Assembly (NCBI RefSeq): GCF_000150275.1
Contig: NW_002060947.1
Span: 604,695-668,694 of the forward strand
Length of the DNA stretch: 64,000 nt
Origin: Trichoplax adhaerens
Lineage: Eukaryota > Animalia > Placozoa
Reading direction: 5' to 3'
The notes beneath the pieces were generated by a model. The model searched no databases. It saw only the letters and a list, made by a program, of their open reading frames with translations, and was not told where the DNA came from. A program made the position numbers and the translations under genes. Shown in pieces: positions 1 to 13,576 of the stretch. Numbering within the stretch: position 1 is the stretch's first letter; each line of letters starts with the position of its first letter.

Positions 1-2242
1 TCCTAATTATCGTAGATTTTTTTATCAATTACAAAATACTAGTGGTAATGGTCGAAAGTTAATTTATTTAATGGAGTATTTCTTCCAATTAGCAGTGCTA
101 GAAAGTGCCTATTCATTTGTTACACTCTTTTACATCATATAAGCGTTTTGGCAGCAATTGCGAAGCATTAAGCTTTAACCGATTTAAGTTATGTAATTTT
201 TTGAAATTAGTTGTAAATACACCTTTATACTTAGTATTAGTCGAAAATAAATAGAATAACACTCTCGGGTAGGGTACTATATCTAACATTTAGGCATTCA
301 TTTCTCCTCTATCGCTACTGAAAATAATAGTTTATAGAGAACGGTGTGGTGATTACTGTACATAAATTGAAAATATCCATTAACGGAATTTTGTATGTTA
401 GATGATGATGGTTATCGAAGGGGTAGGCGATTATAGAGCAGTTAGTGTAGACTTTAAAATATTTTGGATTAGTGCGTATTAAATTAAAGAAATATGTGTG
501 TCAAGGCAATTAGTAGATTTCAATATTTGAGTTTACCACAAGTTAAGGTTCTAAGTACTCTTTCGATTAGTCAGTTAAGAGGCGTTTAGTTGTAGAATTA
601 TTGAAAGTAAAGTCGCTAACTATCTGTCACAACCGAGATTGCAAGACAAAAATTAAGGGGCTTCTTGCCTCTAAAGTAGTCTTAACTATCTAAGTACCTA
701 ACTCTAAGCACTCTTTAATCTGCCAAACCTAGATTCGAGTCTTAGACGATAGAATACTCACGCTAAGAATCAAAACTTTATTCTAAAAGCTATTTATTAA
801 AATATCCAATTGAACTCACAACTTACAATCTGCTGCTAACCATTGATAACTGTCTGTTATCAACTAACTTATCAACTCCCTCAATTAAGAACTTTGAGGC
901 TTTTATATAGCCTCACAAACTTCGTTGGTGCAATACAATAATAAATTTATAGCCAAGTCTACATGCTAAGTAAAGCAAGAATCACAACACACTTTCTATG
1001 ACATTTTATATTAGTTAATTAATGGCTAGATTTTAACATATGATTCATTACTCAACGAAATTATATCATGGATGACGCAATAATTAATTAATTGCCATAC
1101 TATCAATCGAATTTGTTTTAAGTGAATGTTTATTGCAACGCTATATTAACGAGCTCTGTACTTGGTAGAGAGTAAATTCATTTCCACACCCAATAGGGCA
1201 CATTAAGTAAGAGAAAACTATTTCAATCATTCAAAAGTTATCGAGAAAAAATCTTAAATCACATTCAATCGAGTACTTAAAGTGAGGGAAGACTATTTCA
1301 ATCGTTCCTTGGTTTATAAAATCATACTTTAAACGTAATTAGTCAATTGGAGCCAAAAATCGAAGATAGGCTTTTCAATCATCAATTAAAGAAAAATAGA
1401 GTATTATGATCGTAATTAGTTATTCAATCGCTCGCGTTTAAACGTGCTGTAGTCGGACTTTTGATATAAATTTATAAGACAAGTCATAAGAATGGATTAG
1501 GTATGGGAGGAAATGTCTACTTCATGTCGATTAGTTGTTAAAACATCTACCTCATTTATTGACTAATTATGTACTTCGAGATTAAGCTTTTCGAAGTATG
1601 ACAGCTGGTACACACATTAAACACTATCGTATAGTATACTACCACCAAAAATTAAAAAAATTATATTTCTTTGCGATAACGTTTTACCACTTTGAACCGC
1701 AGAACAGACCTATAAATCTTGATATGATTCGTACCTTAAATATACTTTTGATACAATAGCAACGACTTTCTCCTGATCCAAAAGTGTTGTCAATCTTAAT
1801 AAAAAACTTCATGAATTCATAATAAATGTTATTTTGAGCAATTCCGATTGACTTAGTCACGTAAAACCATATTATAGAGACGTTACCTTATGGCAAATAA
1901 CGACGATAACAATTGATGTTTAAATACCCGTAGCTGGAGCCGTATTGCTTACTGTATCAGCAATTCACATTTTGGTAGCAGAAGTTATATATTTATGCTG
2001 AGTTGCAATAAGAGTACTACTGTTATTACATCCTTAATACGAAGAAAATCTTTCCTGTCTGTATTTCTGTAGTGTCAATTCAGAAATGTTTTGCTACTAT
2101 TGATATTGTTAAATTCTAAACTCTAAATTACCATCTCGCCTCATTATTAACGCTAGCATTATTTCTTTTACTAGCTCAAAATATTGTCGTCGAAGTTCCT
2201 GATATTAATAGAAATAAAAACTCAAATCATTTGGCAATACTT

Positions 2243-4112
2243 ATGGAGGAAAATATCTGTCGGAAGCTTTTTCCAATTCAGCATCGCCCACCTGCTTTAT
2301 CTAAAGTAGCTCTACAAGGAGTTCTAAAAGATCTGCTTGGTACCGACATTGGCATTAGCAGTGTCTATGAATTCTGCAGTTTTTGTGATAGAAATTATCA
2401 TATCCACATCGACCACGACAAATTTAAACATTACCTAGAGAGCAAAGACTTGCAACTACAAGATGATCAATTTAAACAAAATCAACAAAAACCATCTTTC
2501 GTCTTAAAAATTTTAAATCCTTGCTACCTTGAATACTACGAATTAACACTTGCTCGACTCAAATTGCTACAATACTTGCATAATTGTGGGATACGGTGTC
2601 CTAAGATATTACCGTTACATAATGGCAACATCATGAAAATAGTCCGACTTTCGGATGAAAAAGTTAAGAATCAGGCAGAAAGCATGGAACTCATTGCTTA
2701 CATACTAATTTTTATTGAAGGCCAAACTATAGCCAAAATTCATTCGAACTTCGATTTATGTTATAGACTGGGAAGATTTGCAGCAGAAATTGATATTAAA
2801 TTGCAGGTAAGAGTTTAAAGCTAGTGTAGCCATGTTTATCAAAGTAGCAGCCGTTTCGAATTGTAAACATAGGGAATACTGTTCTGTAATGTAAATACGC
2901 ACTCTTCATTGTGATACTAATTACAGATGGTAGTAAAAAAAGCAGGATCAAGTCCAAAGTAGGCTCTGCAATTCTAATAGATTATGGGCACGTCATAGTG
3001 TTTTGATAATTTATACAGTTATTACAAACCTAAATTTATAACTTGAGAAAAATAAAGCTACTACAGAAAACAAACACTCCGAAATTACTGTCAGATTTGT
3101 CCTCCTAATATTTGCCTACAGTACAACTCAAAGTACTAAAAAACTTCCATCGTCCATTACTAGACGAAAGTGAACCCCAACTTTATTGAAAATTGCTCAA
3201 TTCAAAGTAAATCTACCTAATTCTTTGTTATCAGTACATAGATAATATTATAAAAATATGCACTTATCTACTAAAAGCATGTAAAATATTACAGATAAAT
3301 TAATATTAACACATTCCTAGATAAGTAACCTTAAGGAAACGATGCTATGACAGCTGCGAATATATTACTCCATAACGATAGCACTTAGCTAAATCCTTTA
3401 TTTTTAATATTTTCTATCGTCTAAATGAAATGCAACATTCGTTTTATTTTTTAAGGCTTATTCTGATGAAACTATAAAGCAAGCCAACAATATTTGGTCT
3501 TTGCAAAATTTTCCAGCATGTAAATATTATTTAAAATATTGTTCAGACGAAAAAAGAGGCTTTTTGGAAAATATTTTCAATCAAATATGTAGAACCTACT
3601 TTAATAAACATGTCAAGAACCTACGAACCGCCATAATTCATGCTGATTTCAATCATGGGAATATCATTGTTAAATATAATAACGAAACTAATAACTACGA
3701 TATCAACGGAATAATCGATTTTGGTTTAGTGAATTATAGTTGCGTGGTCTTCGAATTAGCCGTTTTGATGGCTTACACTTTATTGACTGTGCCGCATGAT
3801 CGTATCAGAGCACTTGGTCATTTAATTTCAGGCTTTCATTCAGTATTTCCACTTACTGAAGTAGAATATAAAAGCATCTACACACTCATTATACTTCGAT
3901 TAGTGCAAACATCAATTTTAACAAAATACAGTTCCAATCTACAACCAGACAACGAATTTACTATGGATAGCTATGAAGAAAAGTTGGAAATTCTAAAATT
4001 TTTGTTATCAATACCTGAAAGAGATGTATATGCTGTATGGGATAAAATTGTTGGATTTTCAGTTGGAGAAGACGTTTATAATTATCTAGAAAGCGAAAAT
4101 ATTCAAATTTGA
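2243..4112 (+). CDS. HYKK: Hydroxylysine kinase-like (APH/choline-kinase-fold phosphotransferase), paralog 1; exons 2243-2806 and 3456-4112
   Basis: ORFs 2231-2818 and 3501-4112 join in frame across a phase-0 intron (TTGCAG|GTAAGA at 2806/2807; TTAAG|GCT at 3455/3456). Motifs: RPP..L, SFCDRNY, FVLKILN, Brenner motif IIHADFNHGNII, GIIDFG, FELAV. Confidence 0.85.
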
Positions 4113-4889
4113 CTAATGTAATCAAATTTTATATTCTTTATTCACATATTCGCATGAAAGGAGGTTACGAAATGATTTAATAGGGTTTTTTTCTATAGTA
4201 TAGTAATTGATAGCTAAGTAACTATGGTTTAATCGGGTTTGTATTTTATTTAAGATATATTTATGGTCCTTTCTAATTAAGACTATTTCGGAATATATAT
4301 ATATGGTAATACTTGATTTGGAAATATCATTGTAGTCAGCAATTTAACAATGTTTGATGATTGTATTTACAGTATATATAGCAGCAGTAACTATAATGTC
4401 ATTGTGTATTACGCTCTCTAAAACTATACACAGATACTCTTTATAAATTCATTTTATTCTATACCTCATAACAGAAAATTCTTTAATAGCTTTCTGAAAA
4501 ATGAATAGATTATAATAAAATATAAAAATAATTTAAAATAGCCTCACGGTTAGAATATCACCAAAATTGATCTGGGTCTCTGAAGGAATGCTATTAATTG
4601 GTATCAAATCTATCTATCGTTTAAAATTTTTTTCTATAATTTCAGTCATGAACTGTTATTGACAAAAAAATAGTATAATTGAATAATAATTTAACTTGGA
4701 AATGCATACTTAGACGATTTCTGTAACCTTATTCAATCAGTATTGAATTCTGTTCCTATGCCTCCGCGCTCATGATCTACAATTACTTTCTACCATTTTC
4801 ATTATTAATTCATCTGATTTATCAATTAATTTGTCAATCAATTATCTCATTTCTTTCGCTATATTGTAGTAATCCAAAACTTTATAGCA

Positions 4890-5554
4890 GGTTTGTAGTG
4901 ATTATAAGGTATCCACTTAACATTGTTTTTGATATAGTAGCTTACTGTCACTACTAGAAGAAGAATACTCATTTCACCCGTAACAAAAAGCTTGAGAATA
5001 TTGCTTTACTCGTATTGCTTGGCCACCAAACTTCCATAAAGTTCAATCCTGTTCTAAAGTAATAATGGATAGTCAATGTTTTTGTCGGATGTTTACAATT
5101 TACTATATGTTAAATGCCAAAATTATACCTCGACTAATGTTATCTTATAGTTATATACTACTGTATTCTGCTGATACAACAATGATTCCAATCAGTGCAA
5201 TATAGCAGGAATTATTGATGTTAGCCTAGTTCATTATGACTGCATAATCTTTGAATTAGAGGTATCATGATGGCCTATACGAGTATGATGCTAAGCCATT
5301 ACGTAGAGTCCTTGCAGGCTACTGGACACTTGATTGCTGGTTTCCATGAATTTTTCCAATTGCAGAAGAATAATATGGATTATGTAAAATTTCCACTGCC
5401 AGGCTGCTACAATCAATCATTATGACCGACTATACGCATGTAGTGTGTTAAAATTGACAAATCCTTATGTTTGAATGGCTATCAGGATAAATACAGAATA
5501 TTTCATTTATTAAATATGACACCGGAAAAGGAGGTTTAAAGTGTTTAGGAAAAG
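4890..5554 (+). pseudogene. Degraded HYKK-like paralog
   Basis: Fragments IAGIIDVSLVHYDCIIFEL (from 5202), MAYT..GHLIAGFH (after a frameshift), ARLLQSIIMTDY (~5398-5433) and PEKEV*SV*EK (5522-5554) align with paralog 1/2 exon 2 (INGIIDFGLVNYSCVVFEL, GHLIAGF, ARLFQSITLVDY, PERDVYAVWDK). The weak exon-1 remnant IVAY near 4934 makes the left boundary approximate. Confidence 0.8.
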
Positions 5555-6906
5555 TTTGTTTGGATTTCAAAATTAACAATGCGCGTAATAAAAGCTAGCA
5601 AATTCGAAAATAAATCTATAATACTTTGCAACTATTCGATTTCTGACATTAAAATTAAAATACAGCGGAAAAATTAAATTATTGATTTACACCGAATCGC
5701 ATGAGATATCTCGATTTGAAGACAGCAGGCTGCAAGAACTAGCTCCTAGTAATACGTATCTAACTGCAAATTGCATGTTACTTGGATAAAAGGCCAATTC
5801 AGTGATTCATGACTAGATGGAACGACACTGTATATTTGATAGGCTGCACAAAGTTAATACTAGATTAGTTTAAGATATGCGTATAGTGTATTAACTTTTT
5901 CACCTTTATGCATGTACTTTCTATTAATGTCTTGAAGTGTAGCGAAGATATGATCATTTGAACTCTGTTCTAGGATTTAGTATAATTTATTATTTCAGAT
6001 ATCCTTACACAAACATTTTTATGTTAACATTGATGAATATATTGAATATTTATATCCGAGTATTTCTTCTTATGGTACTTTTTTTTGTATTACATGATGC
6101 TAGCATCCTATCTTATCATTAGCTATTTCAGTAGTGATATTCACTATCTCTGTTAGTCATCTTAACTTCTACAGCCAAGGATTAGAAAAATTTTTTCAAA
6201 TATCTTGTGATATCGTAAAAAACGAGTAGATTTGATCTGTTCTAAAACATTTTAACATCCTATATATAATCTACGCGTTTCATATGCAATAAAACTCTTT
6301 GCATGATAAACATAACTGAATGTTAGGTTCCTATAAACGTAGTGTTACCTAGTAATGATATCATTGCTACTGCACTATCTTTCAAGTTAAAGCTTTCATG
6401 CAATTAATATGCTCTCTTACAGTTTCTGTTTTATAGATTTGAGCGGAAATTCGGTTTTAGGCAACTGCTTAAGATAATCCAATTAGCTAAAATGTGAAGG
6501 CAGCAATTGTACAGAATTGAATCGAAATTTATTTATACTGCTCACTATCGCTAGGTACGCCCTACTGCTCAAGGTTTTTAGCTCTAAGTCCTTCATTATC
6601 ATAAATTTCAATACTAGTATTAATTTCATGCTATGGAAACTGGAATACATTACTGCAATTGTATTGAATTCTATTGTGCTTCCCATAGAGACAAAGCAAT
6701 CATTAATTATTACATCAGCCATTAAGAATTGCATGTTGTATAGATCCTGGACATCAGCTCTATTCTTTACGGCCAATAATCCGTCTGGAGAGATTTTAAA
6801 ACGACGGTGCTTGTTGCACAATCTTGAAGCTTGGATACCGTTAGTTTCATGTGTTGAAGTTATACAAGATTACTTAACCATGCATACGGTTAATAATTCT
6901 ATTCTA

Positions 6907-8370
6907 ATGTTCTCACGAGTGAATTCGTTCCTCAAATGTAGCAACTATGATCGTGTAGCGTGCAAAGTCAAGGATTTCAAGTGTTTTCACTCCTCAGTAT
7001 ACCAAAAAATCCCCTTTACAGCCTTACCTTTGGAGAATAAGTGGCATCAGAAACGCCACTCTTTTAAGACACGTCCGCCAAATTTACCTAAAGATCAAGT
7101 CAAGGAAATTCTAACAAATCTTATAGGAGCTAATAACATTAATATTAACAATCTGAAGGAACTACCAAGCTACGCTGATCGAAATTACTACTTTCAACTA
7201 GATTATCCTATAATAAGCCGCCATTTTGGAAACTATCAAGATAGTTCCGTGCATACTTATAGTAAAATGGCCAAAGAAAACCAGTCTTACGTTTTGAAGA
7301 TATTAAGTTGTCCTGATCAAGAATCTTATGATTTACACCATGCTCGACTTTGCGCTATGAAGCATCTTTACAACACTGGAATTAATTGTCCTAGTCCAAT
7401 AAATCTAGCAAATCAAAAGTGGATAAAAACGGTCAAACTACCTCAACAGAAATTAAATGCTGGTAATCAAAGTATGGATAATTTCGAAGAACACATTGCT
7501 TACCTTTTAACCTATGTTGATGGTCAGACTGTAGCAACAATTCAGCCGAACGAAGACCTATTATACCAAATAGGAGGGTATGCAGGATTGCTCGATAAAA
7601 ATTTGCAGGTAAAAAAATTCTGCTCAGATCATGAACTGCTATCAGTGTCTACTGTGCATATCGATGATTTCTTATTTTCTACATGAATAGTCCAATTTCG
7701 TTATGTAGTAATCTATACAGCTAATTGCTGGTAATTACAAGCACTCTTTTTAATTTAGAATTTTTCGGATGACCGGCTAAAAGTAAATCGAAGTATTTGG
7801 TCAATTCACAACTTTTTGGAATTAAAACCCTATATCCAATATTGCCGAGAAGATAAAAGAGACTTTATGGAGCGAATTTATGATCGCTGCGCTAGCTATT
7901 TCCAAGTAAACATGAATAACCTACGTATCAATGTTATTCATAATGATCTTAACATTGATAATATTATCATTAAGCAAAATAATGGAGTAACTGGTTACAA
8001 AGTAGCAGGGATTATCGATTTCGGAGAAGTTGATTATGCTTTTACAATAAGCGAATTGGCTATCATGGTTTATTATGCAATGTGGATAATTAATCAAGAT
8101 CCACTTACAGCAGCTGGTCACTTAATTGCTGGTTTCAACTCTGTATTTCCTTTAACAGATATCGAATACAAGGGATTGTATACCATGATCTTAGCTAGAC
8201 TATTTCAATCCATAACTTTAGTAGATTATCATATTTCTTGCTTTCCAGAAAATGAATACCTAAAAGGGCACTATGACAAGAAATTAAAGATTTATGATTT
8301 ATTATCATGTGCCTCAGAGCGAAAAGTTTACAAAATATGGGATGAAATAATGAAAATTCGCAAGAACTAG
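6907..8370 (+). CDS. HYKK: HYKK-like phosphotransferase, paralog 2; exons 6907 (or 6880)-7608 and 7759-8370; N-terminal extension resembling a mitochondrial presequence
   Basis: Same phase-0 intron after LQ (TTGCAG|GTAAAA at 7608/7609; TTTAG|AAT at 7758/7759). Motifs: RPP, ELPSYADRNY, YVLKIL, VIHNDLNIDNII, GIIDFGE. The start codon is uncertain; the long upstream part of ORF 6517 is probably UTR/intergenic. Confidence 0.85.
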
Positions 8371-9284
8371 CCTATTCCATCCTTACTCGATGTATCAATC
8401 AATATCAGTTGTAATATCAGCTACTGTCAACAATTTTATAAATTATACTATATACTAATTTATGATCATGTGCTGAGTCAAGAAATTAAAGGTTTATCAT
8501 TCATTTTCATCAAGCTTGTAAAATAGTCATCAAAATTATAGTGGTACCGTTCAGACGCGAATATTGATCTATTCTGACGAGATTTGTAATTAAAATTTCC
8601 ATTGCAAGGACGACATCAAGGGGAAACTTTACAGTCTTTGCTGCAAAAATGCGAATAAGAGAGTTTACTACTGCGTGCTTGATAAATAATTGAATAACTT
8701 GTAAATTAATTACCCTCTGCTCTGGAATCAACTCCTAACCAATTACCCAACAAAGTTGTAAAATTGATGACAGTGATGTTAGCTTGTTCGAAATCAGGCT
8801 TCACCTAATTGCCACGTATAAAGATAGTCATTTTTGATTCAAAAGTTTGCAATTTTTATAAAAGATACGCAAAATGCCTCAATTTGATGACGTCCATTAT
8901 AGCCGGAAGTTAAATCAATACTCAATTTAATCAAGATATGGGCTGAAGTATAAATTTTTAGAGAACAAATTTCTAGGATAATATTACAACCAGAATCGTT
9001 CAAGAAATGATGGAATCGCAAGGAAATTATTATGTACAATTCAGATGCAAATTCAACTTTCACCTTTTGTATGTCTGCTTGCACTCGTATATGGTAGCAT
9101 CCAACTAACTCAAAATAGGAAGGGAATTGCGTATAAAGATATCAGGATAGCAATTAAAATGAAGAAAATTTACTGGCTTTCGGTTTTTCATCCTCGCCAA
9201 ACATAACTATTGAATATTATAAGCGAAAATCAAGGACATAAGGTCTGATTGAAATACTTCATAAAAAATAGTTGATTCTACAAC

Positions 9285-10840
9285 TGAATAAAGCCTATTT
9301 CATCATTTTTGTCATAAACTTTTGAGTCATTCTCTCACTGAATTAGATGAAGTTGGGATTAGAAAGAACGCCCATATCCTTTATTTAACAATCAAGTACC
9401 CTGTCGATTAAGAATCAAACTACTGTATAGTTAACAAAGTCTATCTTATCTAGCTTCTGCCTTGTGGTACCGCACTATGGAGACCATTAAAGAAGGACCA
9501 GTGATAAGTTAGCCTTTTATCGCAGTATATCCGCAGAAAAGAACTATCATATGAATCTAAGAGTTAAATCTACCGACAGTATAATAACCTGAACGATCTA
9601 CTGAAAACTACTACTATCTTTCTAAATACACCATCATTCATAAGCTTTACCGAGCTGTTAGTGATGCAAATCTAACGACCTTATCAGCCGACCATCTTCG
9701 AAATCGCAAAATCGCTTCAACAATAAAGCCTTCACAACAATAATTGTTAAGAAATTGATATAAATTGTTCACATCATGGTGTGATACTAAGTGAAATATT
9801 AAAAATGTTAACATCTATCATTAAGAAATAGTGGCTATCAAGTGTCTATTTGCTATTTCTTATTCCACTTTAATTAAATAAGAATGGTACGTTTCTAAAA
9901 CTTTCATCTATCTATTAATCTTTGAAACATATGTTATGGTTAGTCAATTTATATCATAAGCCAAAGCTGGAAATTCAATTATTAACATTACTCCATCGCT
10001 TGCCCTGGCAAATAATTCTTGTTTCAAACGAACATTGGGTAGTTCTTTTGTCTCTATTTATATAGAGAGCTTACTAAATAAAGCCAATCTCATCAATTTT
10101 GTCAAAAACACCTAAATCTTTCTTTTACGAAATAGATAAAATTGGAATAAAATTGACCGCTTGTATTCTTTATTTAACAATCAAGTACCACCACTATTAG
10201 GAATGAAACTGAAGTTAACAATATCAATCTCACCTAGCGGCTACATTTAGGTACATCACCATGGAGGCAACTAAGGGAGGACTAGTGATGAGTTATCCTC
10301 TTATCGCAGTAAACGCGTATCCACCGAAAGAACTCGCATGTGAATTTAAGAGTTGAATTAACCTACAAGCTACTGAAAACTACACTATTTCCTGACTTAA
10401 CTAACATTTATTAACTTTACCGAGCTGCTGGCGGTCAAAATCTTACAATTTCATCAACCTATCATCGTCTAAAGCCGCTCCAGTAAATAAGTCTTCATAG
10501 TAATAACTATTCAGAAACTAGTATAAATTGTCACATCGTAGATTTAATGCTAAGTGAAATATTAAAAGGTCAACAGCTACCATTGAGAAATGATTGCTGT
10601 AGAGTATCTATTTGCCATTTTTTATTCCATTTTAATTGAAATATAAATAGTTCGCTTCTAAAATTTTCATATGTCTATAAAGCTTTTTCGAAATAAATAT
10701 TATGGATAATCAAGTTATATTACCAGTCGAATCTGAGAATTATTTGCTACTGCATCATCGTTTGTCCTAGCAAATGATTCCTGATTCAAAAGTCCATTTG
10801 GTAATTTTTTTGTCTACATTTAAATTTAGAGCTTTTACTT
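9285..10840. repeat. Head-to-tail tandem duplication, unit ~790 bp (copy A ~9285-10075, copy B ~10076-10840), diverged
   Basis: Collinear matching anchors: CTTTATTTAACAATCAAGTACC at 9379 and 10168; CTTTACCGAGCTG at 9645 and 10415; CTAAGTGAAATATTAAAA at ~9787 and ~10550; AATAAAGCC.AT.TCATCA at ~9287 and ~10077. Confidence 0.85.
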
Positions 10841-13576
10841 GAGGTCTCTTCATTTTTTATTCGAATCAAATCGTGAAATGCTACGCATATTCAAGTAGAG
10901 GAAATGTAGTAAAAGCTATAAATTTGATAAAAGTGTTACAAACTATTATAATAAACTTATAGTAAACAGTCTATTAATTACCGCAATTCATATTTGAGTA
11001 TAAGATTTATTGGTTAATCTCAATTTATCCCTGTTTTAAAGCTGCATAAATGTTAATTGAAAGTTATTTCGTAGAAGCAATGCATTAAACTACAATAAAA
11101 TAATAGTGAGATTACTGGTAATGCTCTACTGTAAAAAGCGGAAAATTAGATCCAACAGTGATACTCAATGCTCCTATTTCGACCAGCGGACTATAAATGT
11201 ATTATGAAATTCTTGCATAGACTAGAGTATCAAAGTATTCAATTATTATTAAAATTTTACTTAGGAAAGGAAACTATATGTTTAAAATTGTGCATTATTA
11301 TGTAAATAGCTATTAAATCCGTATACTAGAAATACTATAAGCTTGGATTTGTATGCTTTGAACCGAAAATAAATTAGCTACTTTCAGTTTATCGTTTTTT
11401 AATTTATTTGGAGCCAATACTTTGACAAATTCTATGCAACCGTACTTGTAACGAATTTAAATTGTGGTTGGTGTAATGCAATAGTCAATTCAGTTGCATC
11501 TTGCAGGCAATAACTTCCATTAGTCTCCTTTGCCGCAAGATAATTATTGTCTGTCAGTTTAAAAATTGTAGAAATGCCATGACATATTATTTAATCATAA
11601 CAAATCGCCGGTTGCTAGGGTTATTCTAGATTTATGAAAGATTTACCGTAGTACCGTAACTAATGAAATCTTAGCACGAATAGAATTGAAGTTAGGCTGT
11701 AATTTATTATTATGATTTATGAATATAATGTAATATTCCATATGATATACTTTATCTTTTTCACTTAGAAAAGTAATTCATTCAATAATCACCATTAAAA
11801 TCCTTATATTGAGTTTGAAGACCTGATAGTGTAACAAATATCGATATTTGTAATATCAATATTTTCCAGTGACTATGATCAATTTCGGTGTTATCATGAT
11901 TTTTACTAATACTGAGATGCCTATAATCCTTATTGCCACATCGATAGCTTTACAAGCTTGAATAGAGCATTTCAAATTAATATGATCATTGATCAAACTG
12001 TAATTCGTTACATTTATCATGAAATTTTCCATAGTCTAACGATCATTTTCATGATTGCAAATTATTCAATCTTTCAATTAATGCCAAAGTCTCCGTTATA
12101 CTATTACTATTGAACTGTAACTTTAGCAACCTGTGTAAAGTACCTCGATAATATTTTGTACTATCAACGGTTATTGCTCATGATCTTGATTAAATTTTTG
12201 TAAGCTTGATGATTTTTGTTTATATTCTTAGATAGTTCAAATGAATTTAGTTCACTGTCAATTCGGTAACTTGAATAAAGTATTTCGTATTTATAGTAAG
12301 GATAGTGATAATTTCTTTGTAGTTGTAAAAATTTACTTGAAAATTAAAGGAAATAGCACATTTAATTCAATTATTTTATTCATGAAAAGCAACATCAAAG
12401 GCAGGACGAGAAAATTCTATGAGAATTAATTTTAAAATTATTTTCGTAAACATCATTTACCTTGAGGCATTAGCACAAATCTGTGACTATTTCTAACCTG
12501 ATTGTCAATATAAAAATCAACTTAAAAATATCATTTTAGTTTTTCTGTATTGTGTCTGTCATGTATAGAAGGAGCGAGTGACCGAAATTTACGTGATCTT
12601 ATTTTTCATTTAATTAAATAACACAAAATAAGACTCATTATATAATTCTAGCTCTAATTTGCATTCACATATAAGGACTAAAGTTAATTCAGTTACATTC
12701 TAGCCGGTGTTAAAAGTTGTGAATTGAATTAGAGCTAACTCATCCATATTTTTCAATTAAGTGAACTACTGCGTTGAATTGCACACTTGCTATTGTTCTT
12801 TTTGTCTACTTATTTTTTATTGTTGATATCTACAACAAATGCAGCACATAATATCAGACTGCATAACAAATTTATAATTATATTGTAATAGTTGCCCCTT
12901 CGCTATAAAAACAATCAAGTTACAATAGTTTGCTATACCTGAATTCAGCTAATGTAGAACTATTGTTAAGCATAAAATTTCATTATTCCATCATAACAAT
13001 TTGTCCGCCTATACTATAACCATGATTAAGTAATAAAAAATTGAACAACTCAAATACGTACTTTACTTCAAAGAACGATAGAAATGTTCTTAAATCCGAT
13101 GATTGTTACATTACAATAAGAAATATGGGTGAAAGTACTGTAATGCTAAAGCTTTTGTCATAATACTTATGGTAGTTTCCCAGGATGTTATATCTTTATA
13201 ATACATGTCTGCATAAGACTAGCAGTGTCAGGACGCTATTACCAACTTGCAATGGTCTCATACTGTAAGTTGACAAAATCCATACCTATTATTACCGCTA
13301 TCATCAAGGGATTACTAGTATATGGTAATCAATTAAGTCATCACTGACTTTGGTATACTGTACTTTCATAAGAACTTTTAAGCATCACTTTCATTAAGTT
13401 CCATTTACAACTTCAACGATGCCGTATTTAATAACCTACTTAGCCAGTTAGAAAGAAATATAGAATTGTCTGATTTGTCTATGTAATTAATTTTCAATTG
13501 TTGCAAAGCTGCATTCCAGGCCGTCGCTACACATTGAAGCTTTAGAAAGCCACTACTTGCTAATTCATTGAAAACA

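Noticed and set aside
2168-2191. TTACTAGCT(C)AAAATATTGTCGTC shared with 21116-21138 in the peptide B promoter
   Set aside because: A single short AT-rich match with no flanking similarity, absent from gene A; likely chance.
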